Part shown: positions 25,501-36,300 of the stretch, piece after piece
Position numbering within the stretch: position 1 is the first letter of the stretch
Layout of the letters: each line of letters begins with the position of its first letter
NCBI GenBank assembly: GCA_905178155.1
Contig: CAJINV010000004.1
Coordinates: 10,196,381-10,260,380, forward strand
DNA length: 64,000 nucleotides
DNA from: Amoebophrya sp. A120
Taxonomy: Eukaryota > Protista > Dinoflagellata
Direction: 5' to 3'
Program-made: the position numbers and the translations under genes
The notes under the pieces: model-generated
Seen by the model: the letters and a program-made list of their open reading frames with translations, nothing else
Told to the model about the DNA's origin: nothing
Database searches by the model: none

Positions 25501-28500
25501 ATGCAGACGACGGTGGACTTCTGGTGGGATATGGAACTGTCAGGATTGAAATCGTCAGAGTTGAAATAGTTTGTCATGCATAAAATGCAACGCGAAAATG
25601 CCTGTCTTGCAGAGTAGGCAAGGGAGGCAGATTGTAAGCCTGTTTCGGGGTAGAAATAGAGCTCCTAAAGTAGCATGACAAAAGGCGTCTTCCTTACCCA
25701 AACAGCATTACAAACTGGATTTCGGCTCTACTGAAATTTGTCATGCGCCGCTAAGAAATTGGGCTTCCAACTGGTATCGATTTTATGCATTGCAAGTTTT
25801 TCAACTTTGTCGATTTCAACTCTGACACATCCATATGGGACTTTCAGCAGGTAATGCGCGTGATCATGTTCGATTACATTGTGCAGACGGAAGGAATAAC
25901 GGGAAAGAAGAACACTGCTGGTGGTGCCCCCGGACCTGCTGCAAATAAAAAATCCACTTCAAATTATAGACACGAAGTCCCGACTTCCCTCACCGCCAAC
26001 GCTGCCGCAAGGCACACCGCAACGAGCAACATAAACCGGGTGAAGCAGCGTCTCGACGGCCGCGGGGATGATGAAACCGCGAAAGCGCGACTCCGAAGGC
26101 CCGTCGCACACTGGCCCGGCGGGAAGGACTGGCCCTACTCCCGACAGGCCCAGGACAGTCGCTCCCACATGTCGCGGCCGACTTTCTTCACGGCAACGGC
26201 GAAAACGGGAACGGAGCCGGTCCCCGGCCCGGACATCTCCGACTTTTACAGCAAGGGCCGGCTGGTGTTGCAAATCGCGCCATACGAATTCGGGTTCTTG
26301 TTGCAGACCGGCACGCGGATTGTGCACTACGCGAACTTTTTCTACGACGTCATGCGGGATTGTGGGTTGCAAACCTTCCCCGCCGGGCCCTTCAACATCA
26401 AACCGGGTCGGGCGAGAAAGAGTGCAACTAAGGCGGCGACGAACAAGGGGGTTCAGCAGCACGACGAAGCACACGACGAGGAGAAAACGTCCAATGGCGA
26501 AGATCATAGCGATTCTGATTCAAACAGCCAACAGCAGGCAAACGCAAAGACTAAGACATCAAGCAAAACTGTTAAAAATAACCGAAGAACAACTACATCC
26601 GCCGAGGGCTGGGAGTTGGAAAACCTCGCCGTAGCGAGCGAGAATCCTCCGAAAACGGCTAGAGGTGCAGACATGGACTTCTGGTACCGGAGCACGCGAA
26701 AGGCGAACTTTCTGTTCCAGAATATGATCCTCCTATGAGAGTGCACAACTCCCCCTCCCCCTCATTTGTGTTGCATGAACAGCAACGCAAGCGCTGGCAA
26801 AGATGCTGCTTTTGCATAACAAATTGTTCCTGGGTGATTGTAGTGCTGTTTTGGCTTTCGGAATCTGTCATGCAAAGAGTGCTAACAGGCAGAAGGTAGA
26901 TTTGGGATTTTGCATGACAAATGAGGGGGAGGCGGAGTTGTGCACTGTCATACCTCCCCATCATCCCGCACTTCTCCGTGGACATCCGCAGGATCTTCAA
27001 AGACTACTTGGTCGATGCTATCCTGAGGAAAAACGTTCCCACCCCATAGAAGTCAAGATGGGAAATCTGCTAGACAAATCTCCAAGTTTTGGGAGTTGCG
27101 CATGACAAGTCCTCTGCCTCTGCGTTGTAGTGCTGGAGGTTAGCAAGGGAAGCTGCATGCGAAAGCCATTTCCTCATCCTGTTTACAGCATTACAAATTC
27201 CAAAACACGACTGGAAATGCCTCTCGTCATGGAGCTGCGCATTACAAACGTTCCTGTCATTGCGCATCTGCATGACAACGCTGGGGAGGTGGGGACGTTT
27301 TTAGACAGGATAGATGCCCGGTGTGCTGACACCGTGGTTCGGACAAAGAATCTGAACAAGATTCACGACGCAGCGAGGAGGATGGCAGCTGCGGGGTGGA
27401 CAACGAAAGAACGTCGCACCGGTACTGGACGAAAAACCTCTTCGTCCAAGGATCTTCTACTTCCTGAGTTCCGACTGAAGGACAGTTGCTTGCCGCGTCA
27501 CATCAACCAGGCGCTGGTGAACTTGCTATCGACCATCACTTTTCCGGTTTCTCCCGTCGCATTATGGGAGCTCCTCCACGTTGCCATCGACCTGGTGCAT
27601 GACATGGAGCACTATTGGCTGCCGCCCTTTCATATCAAATGTAAAAATGTCTGGGTCTGGAAGAATGCAACTTGTGATGCAATTTTTGGAATCCAAAAAA
27701 ATCTGTATTGCATGAGCAACAAGAGGCGTCCAGGTTTTGCTCCGCGGAGAGTGGATTTCTCATGCGGGATAGGCATCAAGATGCCCGCAAAAAATTTGTG
27801 ATGCTGGTGCATACATCACAGACATCACGGGTCATGCAAAATGTGCATGACTAAACTTGCAATCTTCCAGACCCAGACATTTTTACATTTGATATTTCAG
27901 ATCATGGAGATTTTGCAATCTACAACTTCTTCTGACGCGGAGGGTAATAAAGACGAGCAGGGACGAAATAGCGGAAATGCAGCGCAGGGGAGTAATGATG
28001 CTGGAAGCAGTTCTAGAAGTCCTCGTGGTGAACAAAAGAAATCGACAGCGACTGGGCGCTCGGATGCGTACGAGACGGTAAGTGATAATTGTGTGCGTGA
28101 TAGTGTTTTTGCTTTAGCCTTTGATATAGGGCGAGAGACGTGCAATTTCCTTTTCAATAAAGTGTAGCAGTGCAAATGCAAAACTCGACGATTACAAAAG
28201 AAAACCAAACATACAACCAGCTCTGGACTCTGGAGGAGATGTATTGGATTCGTTTTCGCACGGCTTTGATCCGTGTCGCCATGCACGCAAGGGCGGGAGA
28301 CGAGGTGCGCGGGATTGGTAGACTGTGCTGGAACATGGTTGCGGGGAAAAATGGCGAGACCGTCGCGAAGCCCGAGATTGAGCTGCTGTCGACGGCGGAG
28401 GAGGTGGAGAGAGCGATGCAAGGAAGTACTAGAATTGGTTCTGATACGACGAAAAAAGCGGGCGCCCCCGAAGGACAAGTTCGAGAACAACCTAAATATT

Positions 28501-28994
28501 CCGACGTCGACGAGGAGGAAGACGACGAATTTCGCACGATCACGCTGAAGAACGCGGAGATCAACAGCAAATCGTGCGCGAAGCCGGGGAATTTACTCGG
28601 TACGATCGTCGGCGTGATGGAGAAGAACAAGGAAGATGCCATTACCGGCGCTCTGCTGGATGAGAAGGAGCTGTTCTTCGACGTTGCTTGGCATGATGTG
28701 AAGTTCAACGAAAGTCCTTCCATGTCTGTGAAAGCGGAAAGTTTAGTCCTAAACCCCTTTTCCAGTCACGGAGCAGGCCCGCGGGAGCGGCCGGGGTTGG
28801 GATCTGTGAAGGACGCTCTGAAGCTGATGAAAAAAGAGAAGTACGACATGGAGGCGCACCCGAATTCGGAAATCAGCGACAAAGTGCGGCTCTTTGCCGA
28901 CGCGGAGCGAGCTTCGGATCGAGTGGGGATGTTTGACGACCCCGTAATTTTGGTGGCAAAAAGCGGGATGCCCTGGCAGCCGGAGTTTTTTTGA
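13525..28994 (+). CDS. Giant hypothetical protein, about 3953 aa, 16 exons (13 introner introns plus GT-AG introns 18775-18996 and 28078-28220)
   Basis: Exons 13525-14592, 14872-18774, 18997-19127, 19282-21552, 21732-21775, 22048-22992, 23214-23446, 23717-24583, 24743-24774, 25058-25079, 25405-25529, 25841-26733, 26958-27018, 27318-27632, 27900-28077, 28221-28994 join in one frame (11862 nt). Hydrophobic segment FSYVAISLACSTVAVARLIHFFY. No domain recognised. The 18775-18996 junction is the least certain. Confidence 0.72.
14593..14866. mobile_element. Introner, family A (274 bp)
   Basis: TATCAAATGCAAAAATGTCTGGGTCTGGAAGG...CCTTCCAGACGCAGGCGTTTTTGCACTTGATA; TSD GTGAT; frame restored. Confidence 0.93.
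19128..19276. mobile_element. Introner, family B (149 bp)
   Basis: TATGAACTGCAAAAGTATTGTACTCGTAGTA...TACTACGAGTACGATACTTTTGCAATGCATA; TSD TGCCC; frame restored (QHCP-RKLQ). Confidence 0.93.
21553..21726. mobile_element. Introner, diverged family B (174 bp)
   Basis: TATCCAAGGCAAAAGT...ACTTTTGCAATGCATA; TSD GTGTC/GTGTT; frame restored. Confidence 0.85.
21776..22042. mobile_element. Introner, family A (267 bp)
   Basis: TATGGTTTTCAAAAATGTCTGGGTCTGGAAG...CTTCCAGACCCAGACACTTTTGCATTTGATA; TSD AACGA; frame restored. Confidence 0.93.
22993..23208. mobile_element. Introner, family F (216 bp)
   Basis: TATGCAAGAAAAAAACTGTGT...ACACAG(T)nGCATA; TSD GTTCG; frame restored (FKF-AMAHYY). Confidence 0.9.
23447..23711. 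mobile_element. Introner, family A (265 bp), opposite orientation to the 21776 copy
   Basis: TATCAACTGCAAAAATGTCTGGGTC...GACCCAGACACTTTTCCATTTGATA; TSD TGCTA; frame restored (TLL-CAQA). Confidence 0.93.
24584..24737. mobile_element. Introner, family B (154 bp)
   Basis: TATGCTGTGCAAAAGTATCGTA...TACGATACTTTTGCAATGCATA; TSD CCGTG; frame restored. Confidence 0.93.
24775..25052. mobile_element. Introner, family C (278 bp)
   Basis: TATGGCGTTCTCAAACGTTACATTCTCAACTGTTACATGA...TCATGTAACAGTTGAGAATGTAACAGTTGAGAGCGCCATA; TSD GAGCA; frame restored. Confidence 0.93.
25080..25399. mobile_element. Introner, family D (320 bp)
   Basis: TATGGGGGTGTCAGGATTGAAATCGACAAAG...CTTTGTCGATTTCAATCCTGACACGTCTATA; TSD CGGTC; frame restored. 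Confidence 0.93.
25530..25835. mobile_element. Introner, family D (306 bp), opposite orientation to the 25080 copy
   Basis: TATGGAACTGTCAGGATTGAAATCG...CGATTTCAACTCTGACACATCCATA; TSD TGGGA; frame restored (FWW-DFQQ). Confidence 0.93.
26734..26952. mobile_element. Introner, family E (219 bp)
   Basis: TATGAGAGTGCACAACTCCCCCTCCCCCTCATTTGT...ACAAATGAGGGGGAGGCGGAGTTGTGCACTGTCATA; TSD CCTCC; frame restored. Confidence 0.93.
27019..27312. mobile_element. Introner, family G (294 bp)
   Basis: TATCCTGAGGAAAAACGTTCCCACC...GGTGGGGACGTTTTTAGACAGGATA; TSD GATGC; frame restored (LVD-ARCAD). Confidence 0.9.
27633..27894. mobile_element. Introner, family A (262 bp)
   Basis: Perfect TIR TATCAAATGTAAAAATGTCTGGGTCTGGAAGA at both ends; TSD TTTCA; frame restored (PPF-QIMEI). 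Confidence 0.95.
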
Positions 28995-30317
28995 ATCGTT
29001 GAAAAATATTAACGGCGCACAATGTTACTAACGCAGCTACTGACAATTTTTCGTTTTCGAGTTGCTGTGCCGTGAATCTGAGCTCGATTTTGGTTTTATG
29101 AATGTATCATGCCAATAGAACGAAGTACAAACAACGGGCTTATATATCGTGGTCCCGTATTGATTGACTCTATTCGTACCTTTTGGTCATTTCGAGAATA
29201 CAGATCAGTTTTAGTTTTCTGACGACAGAAAAGTTATGATGTACTCTGACCGAAGCAAGAACATATGTGCAACTTGTACTTGTTGACTTGTTGATCATAT
29301 TTGCGCTGAGCTCTCACTTACTTCCACTTGAGAACACAGCAAAACGCATTTTTCTGAAATATTTCTGAGCATCAGCGACAGACAATTTTGACTTTTGGTT
29401 TTGTGTACACATGATATCCTCATGTTTCCTTCCTGAACTTCTACTCGCGCCAATACTAAGTAAATCATCATGTGGGTGCGTCGCTTGTCTGCAGCATCAT
29501 ACGAACGCGAAAAGGATTTTTTGTTGATGTTGTCGAAATGCACCCGAAGTCAGCTGTTGAAGAAAACTGCGACAGGGCACGAAGATCCCTGGCACCAACA
29601 TCAAAACGCAGCACATCCTGGTGTTGTTCATCGCTTCATCTTTTTTTTTGTCTTCACGCCGACAGGTTTGCATTGTTTCTTTGGAGGATTGTATTCAATT
29701 GAATTTGAAGTCACATGCTTTTCGTTTTCAAACACCATTTTATTCTTATTGCACCGGGCTCGGACAACATTCATCGACATTTTCCAAATGCCATATTTCT
29801 ATTTAGTAGGAGGTCGAAATAGGTGTTTATCAAACTGATTTTGATCGAGAACAAAAGCTTTCTCATTTTAATAAGTACCTGTATACTTTTGCATTGATCA
29901 TCGCGCTTTTTTTTGTAAGAACAAGAACTGAATTTCTTCTATCTCAAGAGCTCACTTATACTTTAACTTTTTCAACTAAACTTGTACTTGATCATCTTTT
30001 TATAAAATGTTATTCTTGACTGCGACGCTATTAAGGCGCTATTGAGTCATCTCGCCCAATATGATATTGTCATATCCATCACATTCCACCTTCCTCCACC
30101 AGCCTTACTTTGGCGCGTATTTTGCCGGACCGGACGAATCACGAAGGACGACGGAATTTTTATCCAAAGACATTCCGAAAAGATGAAAATCTGCGAGCAG
30201 CACCGGCAAATAACAAGCGGTTACGGTAGCTAACAGGCAAAATAAAACGTAAATGTGACCACAAGCTGCAGCAGCGCCTCCACTGACTAAACGCTTCTTA
30301 CTGACATCTTCACGAAG

Positions 30318-33300
30318 ATGCTAGCAAGGAAACGAACGGGCTTGATGATGCACCTCCGTCCGGTTCTTACTTGTTTCCTCTTGGTCGCCATCGGCTGCAG
30401 CACGTTTTATTCCCCGCCAGTCCGAAGTGCAGGTGCAGCGCGCAACTATCAACAAGCGCAAATAAATCCGGATGATTCCTTCAGCTCCGCCGCGGTCGGG
30501 CCCGATGTGGATCGCCGCGGGGCGATGATTCCCTTGAACCCAGGGATAACAGAGAACGACCTTTTGCAAAACCCAGATGCGGTGGAGGAGCACGTCGTTT
30601 TTCCCGCGCCGCAAACGCAGCAGCCACCGCAAACAACCGTGATTCGCAATATTTCGCAGTTTCGGGCACGGCAGTTTTTCGGAGGTGGTGCTGCAGGAAG
30701 CGGTGGTCAACAACAACAGCAGGTTGTACAGCGCGAAGCGTCAGAACGCGGCATGAACGCCTACCAAGCAACTACCGCAGTCGAGAGTAATGATCAAGCG
30801 GAAGCGAGTGCGCAAAACCAACTTTTGGCCCGCCGAGGACGGCGGGGTGTAGTAGGAGGAGCTGCTGCTGCCGCAGGGGGAGAGGCGACTGCAACACGAG
30901 CAGACCGAGCAGCGGCTGCAACTCCCGCTAGTGCAAGAGGACCGCCGCCGAATAGGGGATCAACATCTACTTCGCAGCAGGCACAGCAGCTTCAGACGCA
31001 GAGGCCGCTGACCGCACGGGCAGAATCTTCGCCCGGTTCTAGTACTTCTGCACCCAATGCTAGGGCGACGTCCACCTCGTCTTCTGCATCGTATCCCGCA
31101 TCAACATCACAAAACGCACGTCAACAAATTCCGCTTCTGGCCCCGGCGCCCCCGAGCCCGATTATACGCCCATCACAAGATGACCAGCGTAGTATTGACG
31201 ACGGAACGTCGCAACCAGGAGCAGAACTAGGGCGGCGAGGAACTGGCACGACCCATACCGCCGCCCAAAATCGCGGAAGGTCGAGGCCTACTGGTGTAGG
31301 AGGAACCACAAGAACGAGGGTGCCAACCACAGAGGACACTGTCGACCTCCACCTGCCTCCTGCGATCGAAAATATGCTGGCGCGAGCAAAAGCGCCACCC
31401 GGGCGCCCCAACGCGCCGAGGCGACGGCCGCAGCCGTCTAGTACTTCTAGAGGCGCTGGAAATGACGACGCCGCCGCCCAGCAGCAAGACCGCGGGGGCA
31501 CAAGCTCCGGCTGGCGCAGGGGATGGACAGGCGGGTTGCGAACTGCGGAGCCCACCATGTTGACCAGTGCCGCTGCAGCTTCAACATCTAATTCCAGTGC
31601 TGCGGGCAATTATCCAGGCACAACGGCGATGGGAGAGACGGGCGAGACACCAGGTGCTTTTTACGCGGGGGCTGTAGCGTCGGTCTCAGGAGGACCAGCA
31701 GCGGGGGTTTCGTCTGGGCTGTCGTCCGGCTCCAGCAGTGCAACAGCCGCGGGGGCGTCAATCCCAGAACAAACGTCCCTGCCTTCCGTCGTAGCACCTC
31801 CGCCAAATCGAAGAGTGGGGGGAACTACTAGCACAACTTCCGGGGAGCAGGCAGATGCAGGGACAGCGCCACCGTGGTCAACATCCTCGCAACCGCAAGC
31901 ACAGGAGCTGCACCAGGGGAATGCTGAAGCTGCTGCAGCCCCGCGCATAGGGACTGCCCGGCCAACCTCTACGTCCCCCCAACACCCCCCGCCACCTCCG
32001 GAGCAGCTACCGCCGCAACGCCGCGAGAGACCGGTCTCTTCCATCGGTACGACGGTCTCGACCTCTTCCGGCAACAGTCAGCAGAGTGGCTGCTCGCCGG
32101 CGGAAGATACTAACACCATCCGCCTTCCCGGTGTGGTCGCCCGGGGGACGAGCGGCCTTGGTAGCGGCACCGCCGCGGCGCCCCCGTCCGTCGGGGCTGT
32201 GACCCCGTTCGGCCTCGTTGCCGAACGGAGCGGCCCACACGAGCTGGAAAGCCATGCGCCTCTAACGTACTCCTCAACCGAAATGACAATGTCAAGACAA
32301 TACCTGTCCTCCGAAGAATCCAGCCTGCAATTCAGCCCCGCGCCCAGCTCCTCGTCCTCCAAAGGGTCGTCGATTGTGGGCAACAATTCGAACATCACCA
32401 TATGCATTGTTCCTGAAAATAAAGTTTTCTTCTGTCGGACGCGTACCAAAAAGAGATATCAAATGTTCACACTTACAGTCGTGCTGGGTATACGCATGAC
32501 CAAGCTCTTGTTCATTTTCGACCTGACGATGACCCAGCATACTTAATGAATTGCACAAAGATAAAGAACCATTGTTTCAATTTGAGAAACTCAAAGTTAT
32601 ATTGCGACTTCATGATCGATATAGTACGTAACTACATCGATAAAAATATAAATACTTTTGCAATGCATACACCACTGACCAAAGCAATCTCTCCCTCTCC
32701 GCTCCTTCGGACGCGGAAAACCTTCTAAAATTAGCCGAGCTGCAGCAGTGGGGGCGCGGGTTGGCGGCCGAACAGGTCGAGTACAATAAGCGGAGGGTGG
32801 GGCGACAAGGAAAAGAAGATGCTGGGCCGCCCGAACTGTCGTCTAAAGGTAGTAAAGAAACATCATCGAGCAAAAAGAGCAGTCGCGGCAGCAGCAAAGA
32901 TAAAGAAGCCGAAGCCGTTGTAGTGCAACAAGCAGGGTTGACCACAGCGGTAGCTGCTGCATCGGGAATGAACCAACGCAGGAACCACGAAAGGCAAGAA
33001 CATGAACAGAAAAGTCTCGAGCGAGAACCACCTAATCATGCAGTTGTTATGTACCATAATCCAGAACACGATCGCTGGAAATCACCAACGCCCTTTCCTG
33101 TAGATAATTCGAGAGCTACGGATCCATACGACTATTACCTACACGACAGTTGTCCTCGTGTAGAATTATCGAGCAGCGGCGCACGAAATACGAATAACCC
33201 GCTTGTTTCTCGCACAACCGGCGTTGGACAACATCACACGACATCGTCAATCGTTTCTGAACGTCGTCAATACCAGGTTCTCACCGAGGACCGGCTGAGT

Positions 33301-36300
33301 TACGTAAACACGCACGGGGAAGATCAAGATGCGGACCGCAGTGGGAACTCGTGTTGCGAGGACTCGTCGTGCCAAAGCACTGCAGACAATGGCTCGTCGA
33401 CCGGCGGTGGATTTTCATTTTTTGGCTCAACAGCTTCTGAGACCACGACCCCATTACATTACACACGGGCGGGAAGGGGAACAGCAACAACCAGCGACGA
33501 GACCAGCGAAGAGACCGCCACTCCAGGAGGTTTTGTGCAGAACACGGAGTCGGAAAAGTCGAGTACTGTGATGACTCGGAAAAAAATAGCTGTGATTGCA
33601 GGACGAGTCGGAAATGGTGATATCGACGGAAGATCAACATCAAATGCAGGCAACACCAGCAACCAGTCAACGACGACCGGGACATTAACTAAGAATAATA
33701 TCGACTTGACGAGTCTGTGCTCAAGTGGTCACACCGACACCACGATGGACACCCCGAATCTCGGTCCGTGTCCTCACGAGCCAAAAATCGTCCACACACC
33801 GTTGTCCTCCTCCTGTTCTCGCTCTGGTTCGCTTGACAACAGCAGCATGGCGATGACGCCGCGCGCGGGGTCGACTTCCGGAAGGGCGCCGCCCTCGTTC
33901 AACCTCGGCGCTGCGGCAGTTGGCGTTGATGTCTACTCACGAGCTTGTAGTTCGGCTGCGGGCTCCTTGTCTGTCGGGCTGCCCTCTTGTTCTGCCAGTT
34001 GCGCGCCCACGCCGGTCGTGAACCGACCCTCGGTTGGCTCGTCGGCGGCGTCCAGCTGCATTTTTGACGGCGGTGGTTACTTTGCTGGTGCTGGTGGTGC
34101 TGGGGGAGGTACGAACTTTCAACATCATGAGCATCTTCACCATCATCCGGAAAAGTTGTACGACACAACCTACAACAGTCAAATTTTGCTCCAACCACCG
34201 GTTGTTGTGGACGGAGTGTTATTGGTGCCCCAACTACAGGAAAACCAACAAGCCGAAAGTTCTTGTGCAGCGGATCCGGATCCTCGCCAGCACAGTCACA
34301 CGTCTTTCAAGTCCGCCGCAGATTCTCTATCCTGCCGACAGGAGAAACAGCAAATCTCCGCGACCACGGCGGCGGAAGCGCAAGAGGACGCCGGCGGATC
34401 GTCACCGTATGGCGTTCTCAACTGTTACATTCTCAACTGTTACATGGATTTGTGATGCAAGAATGGCAAAAGTGAAAGGGGTCACCTTGCGCGTCTTGCA
34501 TGACAGATCTGGCAAAGATTCTCAGCCTGTTTGGCTCTTCGAGAATTTGTCATGCGAAGCAGCTCGATCGTGTCAATTCTGATTGTGATTTTGCATGACA
34601 AATCATGTAACACTTCAGAATGTACCATTTGAGAACGCCATACACCGGTGGATGTGGATGTGGAAATACAAATGGACGAAAGTGGGGCCGAAGATGAAAA
34701 TAAAGACGATGCAACATTTGAGGATAGTGCCGCGAAAATGCACCAATTGGCCCAGCACCTGGAGACGCTACTTGTCGTGGGGAATAGTAGGCACCACCGC
34801 CAGGGGGTCGCAGCACTCGCAGCGGAAAATGTGAATGACCGCAACTACATCAAGATGCGAGAAAAAGCACCTGGAGCCGCGGGTCGCGCGGCGTCGCCCA
34901 CCGAGCAGAACAAGAGGCAGCAGGAGGATGAGAAAAATAAAGCACCAACACCGACGGTGAGCAGCAGTTGTCCACCAGATGCTGGATCCCAGCACCAGCA
35001 CAAAAGAGAACGAGAGCAAAGACAAGGGTCGAAAAGTGGCGTAAGACCTCCCTCGGCAAAAAAGACGCATCGTCGCACGGCGTACCAAACCCCTGCAACT
35101 TCACCCAAGAGTGGCGCTGCGGAAGCACGAGGACCAGATGAGACGCACGGACCGCGACCTCAAGGTCAAGGGAGTAATTCTGTTGGCGCTGGTGCTGCCG
35201 AAACTTTTGTTGAAAAGGATCATCCACCTGGTGCAGAAGTAGTTGTAGATCGGCCCCTTGGTGGTGCTGGTCGTGCACGTGAAGAACCTTCGCGCCAGCC
35301 AGGTCACGCAGAGCGAGTAGAACCTCCTGCAGCTGCACCGGTTTGGGCGTACACTCCGGGGCAAGCCAGCTCTAGCGGGTTAGGCGCAGAAGAACGACAG
35401 CAAGGGCCGCGAATTGTGCAAGAACATCATGCTGTTGATCACTTTTACAATACACTGCAGACAACTGGACGAGCCAATGAAAGCAACTCTTCGGGAGTAG
35501 GACCTCCTACTTCCAAAAGTAGACGACCCCTAACAGCAGGAGGCGCACCAGGCGGAGCGCCGCGCATGAGCATGGATGCCTCCCCTACCGGCGCGTCGGT
35601 CGAGGTTGAGGACCGAGCGGAGTCGGAGGATGTTGTGGCTGATCTTGCGTTGCAAATGCGAATTACTGGTATGTTTGATCATCATCATGATGGTAGTACT
35701 CCGGGACAAGAACATCATCAAGTCGTGACCGAAAAATTTACAACTTCCGGAAGTAGTTGTCACACGACAAACGATGGAAGTGACAACTCGCAGCGACCGC
35801 GGCAGTTCACGCAAAATGACAAGCGCAGTTTGTATGGAATCGGTAGTGCTGCTTCACATCATCATCATGGTGCAGTTCTTTATTCCCACCCGTCGTCATC
35901 GCCCCCGACCGCAGAAGACAACGAGCAGCACCAGCAGGCCGCCGCGGCCAGGAAGAGCATCGATGAGCTGATGATGCAAGTCCCGACCGCCGCATACGGA
36001 GGCATCGGCGTTGGGTCACCCTTGACTGCAGTGCGTGCGGGGAAACGGCGCACGAGTGCTGGTACCAGTGGAAGTTCAAACGACCACGACGTGAGGACTG
36101 GCACAGGGGCGGGGGCGGGTTCAGGCGCAAGAAGTAGAACTGCTTCCAAGTCGAGCTCCTCGAAATTCCACTCTACGCAGGGGCAGAGTGGAAAGATGTT
36201 TCAAACTGGTGCTGACGTGGGATCGTTATCGTCTTCTCCATCTGCCACGGTCGGCGTACCAGGATCAGGAATAGGAATTGGAGTTCCAGTACAACATCAA

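Noticed and set aside
24584-27894. Repeats with unique spacers as a CRISPR-like array
   Set aside because: Repeats are inverted and belong to different families, spacers are in-frame exons, the context is eukaryotic and no cas genes are visible.
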